NCBI GenBank assembly: GCA_003152105.1 | Contig: PLZJ01000002.1 | Span: 405,682 to 469,681, forward strand | Direction of reading: 5' to 3' | From: Candidatus Levyibacteriota bacterium | Lineage (GTDB): Bacteria; Patescibacteriota; Microgenomatia; Levybacterales; UBA12049 | Length of the DNA stretch: 64,000 bases | Part shown: piece by piece, positions 19,474-28,566 of the stretch | How the letters are laid out: the number at the start of each line of letters is the position of its first letter | How positions within the stretch are numbered: position 1 is the first letter of the stretch | Made by a program: the position numbers and the translations under genes | Notes under the pieces: model-generated | Seen by the model: only the letters and a program-made list of their open reading frames with translations | Databases searched by the model: none | Told to the model about the DNA's origin: nothing

Positions 19474-21138
19474 ATGACAGATTTAGTAAAACTAACAAAA
19501 CAACAAAAGCTGCTAATCATGATTGGCGCAATGTCTGCGTTATTTTTAGCCGCTCTTGATCAAACTATCGTTGCTACAGCAACTCCTAAGATCGTTGCAG
19601 AATTTAATGGATTTGATAAGTTAACGTGGATTTTTACCGCCTATATGCTTGCTGCAACTATTACTGTGCCAATATATGGAAAATTATCAGATATTTATGG
19701 GAGACGAATATTTTATTTATTGGCAATCGTAATTTTTCTGATAGGATCAATATTTTCAGGTGTATCTCAAAATATGATTGAATTGATACTTGCTAGAGCA
19801 GTTCAAGGAATAGGTGCTGGTTCTATTATGGCAAATTCATTTGCAATCATAGGTGACTTGTTTGTTCCCGCAGAGAGATCAAGGTGGCAAGGGTTATTCG
19901 CTGGCGCATGGGGACTTGCCTCGGTTGTTGGGCCAACATTAGGAGGTTACTTTACTGATCATATTTCTTGGAGGTGGAATTTCTTTATAAATATTCCTAT
20001 CGGTATACTATCTTTTGCATTTATTTATTTCTTAATGCCCAAAATTATTACTCATGCTAGAGAAAAAAGTATTGACTACATAGGAGCTATTTTTTTAACG
20101 CTCACGTTAATTTCACTATTACTCGGTTTTGTTTGGGGAGGTAGCCAATATGCTTGGCAGTCTTGGCAAGAAATAGGACTGTTTGTTTTATCATTTTTCT
20201 CTTTATGTGCTTTTATTGCTAATGAAAAGAAAGCAGAAGATCCAATAATTCCTTTAACTTTATTTCAAAATCCTATTTTTACTACCTCAATGATACTTGT
20301 TTTTATCTCAGGAGTAGCAATGTTTGGCATAATTTTATACATACCTCTATTTGCACAAATTGTGCTAGGTATTTCTGCAACCAATTCTGGTGCAATTTTA
20401 ACACCTTTAACACTCGGACTAGTAATTGCAAGTGTGGTTTCTGGACAAATCAGTTCGCATAGAGGAACTTATAAATCTCTTATTATTTTCGGAATTGAGA
20501 TGATGACACTTGGCGTATTTCTTCTCTCTCGAATGGATATTCATACAAGTCCATATTCTTTAGCTTTGTTTATGATTATTTCAGGAATAGGAATGGGAAT
20601 TACTTTACCGTTATTTACAGTAATTGTGCAGAATGCATTTGATCATTCAAAATTAGGTGTAGTTACGGCTTCAACGCAACTTTTTCGAAGTATTGGAGGG
20701 ACTGTCGGTACTGCAGTTATGGGGAGTATAGTTAATAATGCACTACATCAAAAACTTTCCAATTTATCAGGAGATATTTTTATTTCAACATATGGGAAAT
20801 ATATTTCATCTATAAATATTGAACATTTGTCTATAAATCAAATACAGTTATTAGTTGCAAATTCAAAACAAGCTACATCTCAACTCGCAAAACTACCAAA
20901 TCCGATTAATAAATTCGCATTGCTTTCTTTTAGTTCATTTATTGAGAAAGTTAGAATTGCTCTTTCTTCATCGATAGCAGAAATATACGCAATAGCTACA
21001 CTTTTACTTTTACTTGCAATAGGGCTTTCATATTTGTTAAAAGAAATTCCGCTTAAAGAACATAATCAACCAATTAAAGATGGTGAAATTGAAAATTTAG
21101 ATAAAGCCACCGGAAGTGAATTAGCTTCTTATCATTAA
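19474..21138 (+). CDS. DHA2 (EmrB/QacA) family MFS transporter
   Basis: LDQTIVATA.P, GKLSDIYGRR, WRWNFFINIPIG; about 14 TM helices. Confidence 0.93.
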   Translation: MTDLVKLTKQQKLLIMIGAMSALFLAALDQTIVATATPKIVAEFNGFDKLTWIFTAYMLAATITVPIYGKLSDIYGRRIFYLLAIVIFLIGSIFSGVSQNMIELILARAVQGIGAGSIMANSFAIIGDLFVPAERSRWQGLFAGAWGLASVVGPTLGGYFTDHISWRWNFFINIPIGILSFAFIYFLMPKIITHAREKSIDYIGAIFLTLTLISLLLGFVWGGSQYAWQSWQEIGLFVLSFFSLCAFIANEKKAEDPIIPLTLFQNPIFTTSMILVFISGVAMFGIILYIPLFAQIVLGISATNSGAILTPLTLGLVIASVVSGQISSHRGTYKSLIIFGIEMMTLGVFLLSRMDIHTSPYSLALFMIISGIGMGITLPLFTVIVQNAFDHSKLGVVTASTQLFRSIGGTVGTAVMGSIVNNALHQKLSNLSGDIFISTYGKYISSINIEHLSINQIQLLVANSKQATSQLAKLPNPINKFALLSFSSFIEKVRIALSSSIAEIYAIATLLLLLAIGLSYLLKEIPLKEHNQPIKDGEIENLDKATGSELASYH

Positions 21139-21283
21139 TACCTCTCTTGCAATTTCGCATCATAAAAGTTACTATAAACTATATCATAATAGCTAACATA
21201 TAGAGTAATAAATATATTCAATAACCATTATTTTACTAAGTAAATATAGTGTTCAATATATTAATTTAGCTTATTATTGCAAT

Positions 21284-21451
21284 ATGTTAAAAAGTAGCAG
21301 TTCAACAACCGAGAGCGTATTTGAGTTTGAGTATATTAACTCGGTTCGCATACAGCTTTGTCCAGTTTGTAAAACTCACATGGGTGATATGCCAGGAACT
21401 AGGGACGCAGTTTGTAAAAATTGTGGATACAAAGATCCTTGTTGTGAATAA
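21284..21451 (+). CDS. Small Zn-ribbon protein, 55 aa (not in ORF track)
   Basis: Manual translation MLKSSSSTTESVFEFEYINSVRIQLCPVCKTHMGDMPGTRDAVCKNCGYKDPCCE; CxxC...CxxC plus CC. Confidence 0.7.
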   Translation: MLKSSSSTTESVFEFEYINSVRIQLCPVCKTHMGDMPGTRDAVCKNCGYKDPCCE

Positions 21452-21464
21452 TGTCTAGCCCATA

Positions 21465-21505
21465 AAAAAACAAACCTCTCGAAAGGGATGCAAGAGGTTT
21501 GTTTG
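21465..21505 (-). terminator. Rho-independent terminator between convergent Zn-ribbon genes
   Basis: 12-bp stem AAACAAACCTCT/AGAGGTTTGTTT with a U-tract on the minus strand. Confidence 0.75.
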
Positions 21506-21515
21506 CGTTTCCTAT

Positions 21516-21535
21516 GAAGGAATAATTATTCCTTC
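21516..21535. repeat. Perfect 20-bp palindrome
   Basis: GAAGGAATAATTATTCCTTC. Confidence 0.9.
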
Positions 21536-21549
21536 GAAGAATATATAAC

Positions 21550-21693
21550 TTAAGCTGCACCAATTTTATACATTCCTGTATTACAAACTGGACATTTTCC
21601 TTTTAATGCAGGTTTTCCATTTTTCATGGTAACTTTTTCTGCATTTGGATCTTCTCGCTTTGCGCGACATTTAACACAATACATTTGAGCCAT
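21550..21693 (-). CDS. DUF5679-like small basic Zn-ribbon protein, 47 aa (not in ORF track)
   Basis: MAQMYCVKCRAKREDPNAEKVTMKNGKPALKGKCPVCNTGMYKIGAA; strong SD AAAGGAGGT. Confidence 0.88.
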   Translation of the reverse strand: MAQMYCVKCRAKREDPNAEKVTMKNGKPALKGKCPVCNTGMYKIGAA

Positions 21694-21723
21694 TATTTAT
21701 TCCACCTCCTTTCAAAAACAAAT

Positions 21724-22041
21724 TTAACCAGCGTTGGACAAACCCATTACGTGGTTATTCAAAATAAAATAGAGTACGAAATCTGCTAGTAATATCCCAA
21801 ATGTTACAAACGCTGTTTTTTGTAAATCTTTGTAAACAAAAGGATAGAGTAATTCGTACGAAGATTTTTTAACAACTACTTGTTGCGCGGGTGCATTATA
21901 TGTATGCGTTACTTGTTGTTGGTGAGTAGTTTGTTTTGGCGAATTTACCGGTGAAATTAGCTCAGCTGTTTGAGAATTAGAAAGCTGACGACGAAGATCC
22001 GCAATTATTTTTTGCTTTTTCGTTTTCTTATTTTTAGCCAT
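21724..22041 (-). CDS. Hypothetical protein with basic N-terminus and C-terminal TM helix
   Basis: ORF with an upstream TTGACA-17-TAACCT promoter. Confidence 0.7.
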   Translation of the reverse strand: MAKNKKTKKQKIIADLRRQLSNSQTAELISPVNSPKQTTHQQQVTHTYNAPAQQVVVKKSSYELLYPFVYKDLQKTAFVTFGILLADFVLYFILNNHVMGLSNAG

Positions 22042-22051
22042 CTAGAAGGGT

Positions 22052-22091
22052 AGGTTACACTATTGACACATAGCTGTCAAGAGGCTAAGAT
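22052..22091. promoter_or_regulatory. Overlapping divergent sigma70 promoters
   Basis: TTGACA-catagc-TGTCAA supplies both -35 boxes, each 17 nt from TAAGAT (+) or TAACCT (-). Confidence 0.7.
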
Positions 22092-22100
22092 GAGATAGAT

Positions 22101-22565
22101 ATGTTGTTTAACATTGCCCTGGCAGGGATAATTCTTCTATTCATCTGGGCAATTTTTATTTCGATTTTCTTTTGGCAATTGTATAATCATTACAATACGT
22201 TAATTGGAGGATCTGATGAAAAAAAGCTTAAAAATATCCTTGAAGATATTTTAAAAAATCAAGAAGTTTCAAAAAGCAATCTTGCATTTCTTAAAACAAA
22301 GTATGATAAGATAGAAGAAGATAGCCTGTATCATTTACAAAAAATTGGGTTAGCAAGATTTAATCCATTCAAAGATACAGGAGGAGAGCAAAGTTTTATT
22401 CTCGCTTTACTGGATAACAGAAATACTGGTATATTACTAACAGGTTTATATTCTCGTTCTGGTACCAGATGGTATGCAAAGCGAGTTGTGGACGGTAAAG
22501 GGACTGAACATGCTTTATCAGAAGAAGAGCAAAAAGCAGTAAAATCTGCAATAATAGTAAAATAA
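22101..22565 (+). CDS. DUF4446 family protein
   Basis: N-terminal TM, RFNPF.DTGG.QSF..ALLD, YAK, LS.EE. Confidence 0.85.
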   Translation: MLFNIALAGIILLFIWAIFISIFFWQLYNHYNTLIGGSDEKKLKNILEDILKNQEVSKSNLAFLKTKYDKIEEDSLYHLQKIGLARFNPFKDTGGEQSFILALLDNRNTGILLTGLYSRSGTRWYAKRVVDGKGTEHALSEEEQKAVKSAIIVK

Positions 22566-23728
22566 TGGATAGGAATACTTTTATCAGAGTCGTTATTGGT
22601 GTTATTGTATTTGCTGCGGCAACTATTGCTTCTTATGCGATTTTTAATAATAGTCCTCTTGCCGGAGGCGGACTTGCCTATCAACCAGCACTTCTAAAAA
22701 ACGGATCTGTACAATTCGATTCTTCACTCCCAAAAACTGAAAGTTGTCCCTTAAATGGAGCTATGTATTCAAAACAAGAAAAAGATTGGTGGGAAAAACA
22801 TGCGCCTATGGGTATCATGATTGAGAATGAAATTGATGCTCGTCCTCAATCTGGATGGTCTTATGCTGACGTTATATATGAAGCAGTAGCCGAAGGGGGA
22901 ATTACGAGAACTCTTTCTATATTTTATTGTCAGGATCCTGGTATTGTTGGTCCTGTTCGATCTTCTAGAACCTATTTTCTTGATTGGATTTCTGAGTATG
23001 GCGCATATCCACTTTATGTGCACGTAGGAGGAGCAAATGAACCGGGAGAGGCTGATGCTCTTGGGCAAATTGAAAGCTATGGTTGGGGTGGATTTAATGA
23101 TATTTCAGGACTTTCAGTTGGCGCACCGGTATTTGTAAGAGATTATAACCGTGTCGGTCGAGACGTGGCATACGAACACACTGATTATTCAAATACTGAT
23201 CAGTTATGGAGTTACGCGGCAAGCACAAGAGGCATTACAAATACCGCAAAAGGAGTATCATGGGATCAAAACTTCATTCCATATAAATTTAAAAACGATG
23301 CAACAAGCTTTGGAAGTATTAACGCGCTTCACATAGAGTTTTGGTCATCTCAGCAAGATTACACAGTAAATTGGAAATTTGATAAAGCAACAGACTCCTA
23401 TCTTCGTAATGATGGAAACGGGAAGCCATATATTGACCGTGATACGGAGAAACAAATTTCGGCTAAAAACGTAATAGTTCTCCAGATGACTGAAAGCGAT
23501 GTAAATGACGGCTATACAGATGGTGTACACCAATTATATGGAGATACTGGAACGGGAAAAGCTATGTTTTTCTTAGATGGTAAAGAAGTTGATGGAACAT
23601 GGAGTAAAGCAGATCGAACTTCTCGAACGTTACTTACAGATCAAAATGGGAATCCAATGGTGTTTAATAAAGGACTGATGTGGTTTGAGATATATTCTCC
23701 AGCAGAAGGAGCTTTCAGTACTCAATAA
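22565..23728 (+). CDS. DUF3048 family exported protein
   Basis: MIEN..DARPQSG, E.VAEGGITR, GPVRSSR. Confidence 0.85.
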   Translation: MDRNTFIRVVIGVIVFAAATIASYAIFNNSPLAGGGLAYQPALLKNGSVQFDSSLPKTESCPLNGAMYSKQEKDWWEKHAPMGIMIENEIDARPQSGWSYADVIYEAVAEGGITRTLSIFYCQDPGIVGPVRSSRTYFLDWISEYGAYPLYVHVGGANEPGEADALGQIESYGWGGFNDISGLSVGAPVFVRDYNRVGRDVAYEHTDYSNTDQLWSYAASTRGITNTAKGVSWDQNFIPYKFKNDATSFGSINALHIEFWSSQQDYTVNWKFDKATDSYLRNDGNGKPYIDRDTEKQISAKNVIVLQMTESDVNDGYTDGVHQLYGDTGTGKAMFFLDGKEVDGTWSKADRTSRTLLTDQNGNPMVFNKGLMWFEIYSPAEGAFSTQ

Positions 23729-23820
23729 GATAGGAATCGCGCACATAAAAAGTAATATTTCATTGTAAAAAACTCCTTTACAATTGTGTATTGTTGCAAT
23801 ACAATATGCACATTGTTACT

Positions 23821-24396
23821 ATGCTAGAAGATCTTATAACCTCCAAATCTCGAGTAAAGTTGTTGAACGTTTTTTTGACCACACCACAGGAGATGTATCA
23901 CGTCCGGGAATTAGTAAGAAAAACTGGAGATGAAATTAATGCAGTGCGTAGAGAGTTGTTTTATTTAGAAAAAAAAGGAATTTTACAAAAAGAACCAAGA
24001 GCAAATAGAGTTTATTATTTTTTAAATAAGACATACCCTTTTTATTATGATTTAATAGAGCTTGGTTCAAAAACGATAGGACTAGGAAGTGAAGTGTACA
24101 AGAATAGAGCAAGGATCGGAAAAATAAAGTATGCAATGTTTTCTGGAAAATTTGCAAGAAGAATTAAAAAAGAAGACGCTGATGTAGATTTTATTGTAGT
24201 TGGAACCATTGTTTTACCTGAACTTGCTCAACTTGTTAGAACAGAAGAATCTAGATTAAATAGAGAAATAAATTACACAGCAATGACTGAAGATGAATTT
24301 ACGTTTAGAAAGAAAAAAAGAGATCCATTTATTCTTGAAATTCTTCAAGGTTCCCGTGTCATGCTCATTGGGGATGAGGAGAGTTTACTAGCATGA
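23821..24396 (+). CDS. Winged-helix plus nucleotidyltransferase-like protein
   Basis: HVREL.R...EINAVRREL helix-turn-helix; SG.F...DVDFIVVG and REINYT. Confidence 0.75.
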   Translation: MLEDLITSKSRVKLLNVFLTTPQEMYHVRELVRKTGDEINAVRRELFYLEKKGILQKEPRANRVYYFLNKTYPFYYDLIELGSKTIGLGSEVYKNRARIGKIKYAMFSGKFARRIKKEDADVDFIVVGTIVLPELAQLVRTEESRLNREINYTAMTEDEFTFRKKKRDPFILEILQGSRVMLIGDEESLLA

Positions 24397-25769
24397 GGAA
24401 ACACGTAAGATTTACACTCTGGTTAATTATAGCATTAACTATTATTACAGTGCTTATAGATTTACCAAGAATAATTACTGTTAGCGTTAACTCCAAAATA
24501 CCCTTAATTAATAAGCAACTTGTCATAAACCAATCAATACAAGGATTTAATCCTGAGCTTATTTTCGGTCCATTTGGTATTCAGCGAGATTTAGCTTTTA
24601 AGAAAGGTCTTGATCTTCAAGGAGGTACGAGCGTAACGCTTCTTGCAAACATGAAAGGAATTCCGGCAAGCCAGCAAGATCAGGCACTTTCATCAGCTCA
24701 ACTTGTTATTGAGCGAAGAGTTAATGCGCTTGGTGTTTCTGAGCCAGTTGTGCAAACGTCTCAAGTTGGCTCTCAAAGACGTATAGATGTTGAGTTGCCC
24801 GGCGTAACCGACATTAATCAGGCTGTTCAGTTAATTGGTGCCACAGCGCAGCTAACATTTTGGGAAGAGGGGGCTGCAAATAGTGCAACGCCAAGCGCAA
24901 GTTCCGTTCCATCAGGAATACTTTCGTACTTACCTCACGCGCATAAAACAAACTTAACGGGGAATGATTTATCTGGTGCGAGTGTAACATTTGCTCAGAA
25001 TAACGCACAGCCTCAAGTGCAATTAACTTTTACCCCTGATGGTACAAAGAAGTTTGCCGATATTACCACACGAAATGTAGGTAAGCCACTTGCAATGGTT
25101 TTAGATAATCAATTACTTGAAAATCCGCCTCCTACAGTAAATCAGCCGATTTTAACAGGTAATGCTGTTATTACGGGAAGCTTTACAACTGATGAAGCAA
25201 ATTTACTAGCAACTGCTCTTCAAGCAGGTGCGCTTCCCGTCCCCCTTTCTATATTATCTCAACAAGCAATAGGCGCAACTCTTGGTCAGTCTTCTTTAAA
25301 TGCTAGCTTATTCGCAGGAATACTTGGATTTATTGTAATTATTCTATTTATGTGTCTTCTTTATGGACGTTTAGGGATGATAGCAAGTCTTGCGCTTACG
25401 CTTTACACGCTTGTTGTAATTGCTATATTTAAATTAATTCCAGTAACGCTTACGCTTGCGGGAATTGCTGGGTTTATTTTATCGATTGGTATGGCAGTTG
25501 ATGCGAATATATTAATATTTGAACGCATGCGGGAAGAAATGCGTGCGGGAAGAAGTAGGGAAACTGCTATTGAGTTAGGATTTTCTAGAGCGTGGACGTC
25601 TATTCGAGATTCCAATATTTCTAGTTTAATAACATCTGCTATTTTGTATAAATTTGGAACAGGAATAGTTCGAGGTTTTGCGCTAACCCTTGCTATTGGT
25701 GTAATTGTATCTATGTTTTCAGCTATTATTGTTACAAGAACATTTTTAAGATTATTATATAAAGCATAA
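24393..25769 (+). CDS. secD: Protein translocase subunit SecD
   Basis: GLDLQGG, RRVNALGVSEP, GMAVDANILIFER. Confidence 0.96.
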   Translation: MRKHVRFTLWLIIALTIITVLIDLPRIITVSVNSKIPLINKQLVINQSIQGFNPELIFGPFGIQRDLAFKKGLDLQGGTSVTLLANMKGIPASQQDQALSSAQLVIERRVNALGVSEPVVQTSQVGSQRRIDVELPGVTDINQAVQLIGATAQLTFWEEGAANSATPSASSVPSGILSYLPHAHKTNLTGNDLSGASVTFAQNNAQPQVQLTFTPDGTKKFADITTRNVGKPLAMVLDNQLLENPPPTVNQPILTGNAVITGSFTTDEANLLATALQAGALPVPLSILSQQAIGATLGQSSLNASLFAGILGFIVIILFMCLLYGRLGMIASLALTLYTLVVIAIFKLIPVTLTLAGIAGFILSIGMAVDANILIFERMREEMRAGRSRETAIELGFSRAWTSIRDSNISSLITSAILYKFGTGIVRGFALTLAIGVIVSMFSAIIVTRTFLRLLYKA

Positions 25770-25772
25770 AAT

Positions 25773-26687
25773 ATGATAGATATTATTGGTAAGAAAAAAT
25801 GGTTTTTTTTGCTCTCACTAATTGTTATAGTGCCTGGACTTATTTCATTATTGTTATGGGGTTTAAATCCATCTATTGATTTTGTTGGTGGGTCTAGTAT
25901 CATTCTTGATTATAAAATTCCAATTTCTGATCAAACAAAACAGTTAATTTCTAAAACAATTAGTTCAGAAAAAGTTGAAGTAAGCACAATTCAAGTGTCA
26001 GGAAACGAAGCAGTTATACGAACTGCTTTGATGGATACAAAAACGCATCAATTAATTATTAACAAACTACATAGTGTAACAGGTAGTTTTTCAGAGGGTA
26101 CTTTTGAAACAATTGGACCTGTTATAAGTGCTGAGATTACCCGAAATGCTATCTTGGCAGTTTTACTTGCTTCTGTGCTTATAGTGTTATTTATCGCATA
26201 TGCATTTAGGAAAGTACCAAAACCTGCGAGCAGTTGGAGGTTTGGGGTAAGTGCTATCGCAGCGCTTTTACATGATGTACTTGTGCTGCTTGGAATTTTT
26301 TCAATTCTTGGACATTTTTTCCACGTAGAAGTAGATTCATTATTTGTGACAGCTGTACTTACAGTAATAGGATTTTCCGTTCATGACACAATTGTTGTTT
26401 TTGACCGAATACGAGAAAATTTAAGACGTTTAGGAGGGGGATCTTTTAGTAATGTTGTTAATGCGTCTATATTGCAGACCTTATCAAGATCTTTGAACAC
26501 ATCATTAACTGTTATTTTAGTTCTAATTGGATTGTTGCTTTTTGGAGGGCAAAGTACAAGATGGTTTATCGTCGCATTATTAATAGGAGTAATATCTGGA
26601 ACATATTCTTCAATATTTAATGCAGCTCCTCTTCTTGTACTATGGCAAGAATGGAGTGAGCGAAGAAGTCAAAAAAAGAATAAATAA
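25773..26687 (+). CDS. secF: Protein translocase subunit SecF
   Basis: IDFVGGS, HD, DTIVVFDRIREN, GTYSSIF. Confidence 0.96.
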   Translation: MIDIIGKKKWFFLLSLIVIVPGLISLLLWGLNPSIDFVGGSSIILDYKIPISDQTKQLISKTISSEKVEVSTIQVSGNEAVIRTALMDTKTHQLIINKLHSVTGSFSEGTFETIGPVISAEITRNAILAVLLASVLIVLFIAYAFRKVPKPASSWRFGVSAIAALLHDVLVLLGIFSILGHFFHVEVDSLFVTAVLTVIGFSVHDTIVVFDRIRENLRRLGGGSFSNVVNASILQTLSRSLNTSLTVILVLIGLLLFGGQSTRWFIVALLIGVISGTYSSIFNAAPLLVLWQEWSERRSQKKNK

Positions 26688-26691
26688 AGTA

Positions 26692-27147
26692 TTACGGTTT
26701 GGATAATTTTTCTTTTACGATGTTACTAACAAGTGTTCCATCTGCTTTTCCTTTAACTTCACTCATTAACACTCCCATGACTTTTCCAATATCCGATAGA
26801 GAAGATGCACCAGTTTTTTCTATAGCTTCTTCAACGAGTTTCGAAATCTGTTGCTCGTTCATTTGTGGAGGTAAGTAAGTTTCGAGAATAGCAAGTTCAG
26901 CTTGTTCCTTATCCACAAGATCAGTTCTATTTGCTAATTTGAACTGTTCGATTGAGTCTCGGTGTTTTTTTGCTTCATTTTGAATAACTGCTAAAACATC
27001 TTCATCGGTTGCAACATATCCTGCGCCGCCTTTTTGAATTTCGTAGTAGCCAATTGCAGAAATAAGCATTCGTAATGTAGATTTTTTTATATCATCATGA
27101 GCTTTTAATGCTAAGATAAGTTGCTCTTGGAGTTTTGCCTTATTCAT
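26692..27147 (-). CDS. GatB/YqeY domain protein
   Basis: YLPPQM, GKVMG, GKADG. Confidence 0.92.
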   Translation of the reverse strand: MNKAKLQEQLILALKAHDDIKKSTLRMLISAIGYYEIQKGGAGYVATDEDVLAVIQNEAKKHRDSIEQFKLANRTDLVDKEQAELAILETYLPPQMNEQQISKLVEEAIEKTGASSLSDIGKVMGVLMSEVKGKADGTLVSNIVKEKLSKP

Positions 27148-27165
27148 AGATGTATTGTAACACAG

Positions 27166-28527
27166 TTACGCAGCGTTTAACTCTTTTGCACGTTTTAAAA
27201 GGTATTCTTTGGTATTTTTAGAAAGATCCTCATCAACTTCATTGAATAATTTTGCAAGCAATATGCCAATTTGTTTACTAGGAGATAAAGATAGCTCCTT
27301 CATTAAATCATTTCCATTGATAGCAAGGTCTGTTAAGGAAAAAGGAGCGGGTTGTAATTGTTCTTCAATACGAGCCCGAAATTTGCTAAATCTCCAGCTA
27401 TCTTCCTTTGAACCACTTCCTAGTCTGTCTGCGATACGAAGATCTAGTATGTCTTGTATATATTCAACGCCAACTCTCCTAATAAATCGTCGAATAGCCG
27501 CATCGGTTGAATGTTCTTCAAGTGAAAACATATGCCATCTCACCAGCGAAACAACTTTATCTTTTTCTTTATTTGAAAATCGAAGGCGTTCTGCAATATG
27601 TTCTGCCATTTTAGCTCCAACTATTTCGTGATTATGAAAAATAATAAACCCTTCTTGATCAACGCTCGCAACCTTTGGTTTACCAATATCATGTATGAGT
27701 GCTGCAAATTTAACCAGCCAATTATTGGATGGGCAAAATTTTAAAGATAGCATATTATGTGTAAAAACATCTGTTGTATGATGTCTACCTGGTCTAACTT
27801 GTGAAACATTAACACCAAGTAATAATTCTGGCAGAATTACTTCTAATAAATTCGTATTTTTCAAAAGCATAATCCCATCATATGCATGTTCGCTTTCAAG
27901 AATTTTTTGTAGCTCTTCTTTAATTCTTTCTTGTGCAATCGAGGCAAGAAGGGGTGCATGATGTGTTATTGCAGAAAGTGTTTTTTCTTCAATTTCAAAA
28001 CCAAGTTGAGTAGCAAGTCTTATGCCTCTAATGAGACGAAGTGCGTCTTCTTCAAAACGCTCAAGAGGCACGCCAACAGCACGTATGATTTTATGCTCAA
28101 TATCTTTTTGTCCATTGAATGGATCTGTCAGCTGGAGTTTTCCATTTTCTAGTTTTGCAGCAATTGCATTAACAGTAAAATCACGGCGTTTTAAATCTTG
28201 ATTTATCGATGTACCCCATGTAACATCTTTTGGGTGTCTATGGTCCTGATAAATGCCCTCGCTTCGATAAGTAGTAATTTCCGCAATGTATTTTTTTTCT
28301 CCTTCCTCAAAAGGCACGCCAACTGTTCCATATGTATTGTCATAAAAGCCATCAGGAAATAATTCCAGTATTTGGGTAGGTGTAGCATTTGTTGCAATAT
28401 CATAATCTTTAACTTCTCGTTTTAATAATATATCTCTTGTACTTCCCCCTACAAAGAATGCCTCATAGCCGTTTTGTATAAGTTTTTCATAATGACGTTG
28501 TATTTGTTTTGGAAAAATGTGTTCCAT
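27166..28527 (-). CDS. cca: CCA tRNA nucleotidyltransferase with HD domain
   Basis: VGG..RD, DYDIAT, RRDFTVNA, EDALR, HDIGK; start moved to ATG 28527. Confidence 0.9.
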   Translation of the reverse strand: MEHIFPKQIQRHYEKLIQNGYEAFFVGGSTRDILLKREVKDYDIATNATPTQILELFPDGFYDNTYGTVGVPFEEGEKKYIAEITTYRSEGIYQDHRHPKDVTWGTSINQDLKRRDFTVNAIAAKLENGKLQLTDPFNGQKDIEHKIIRAVGVPLERFEEDALRLIRGIRLATQLGFEIEEKTLSAITHHAPLLASIAQERIKEELQKILESEHAYDGIMLLKNTNLLEVILPELLLGVNVSQVRPGRHHTTDVFTHNMLSLKFCPSNNWLVKFAALIHDIGKPKVASVDQEGFIIFHNHEIVGAKMAEHIAERLRFSNKEKDKVVSLVRWHMFSLEEHSTDAAIRRFIRRVGVEYIQDILDLRIADRLGSGSKEDSWRFSKFRARIEEQLQPAPFSLTDLAINGNDLMKELSLSPSKQIGILLAKLFNEVDEDLSKNTKEYLLKRAKELNAA

Positions 28528-28566
28528 ATCTGCTATAGTATAGCAAACAATTAAAGGGTATATTGC

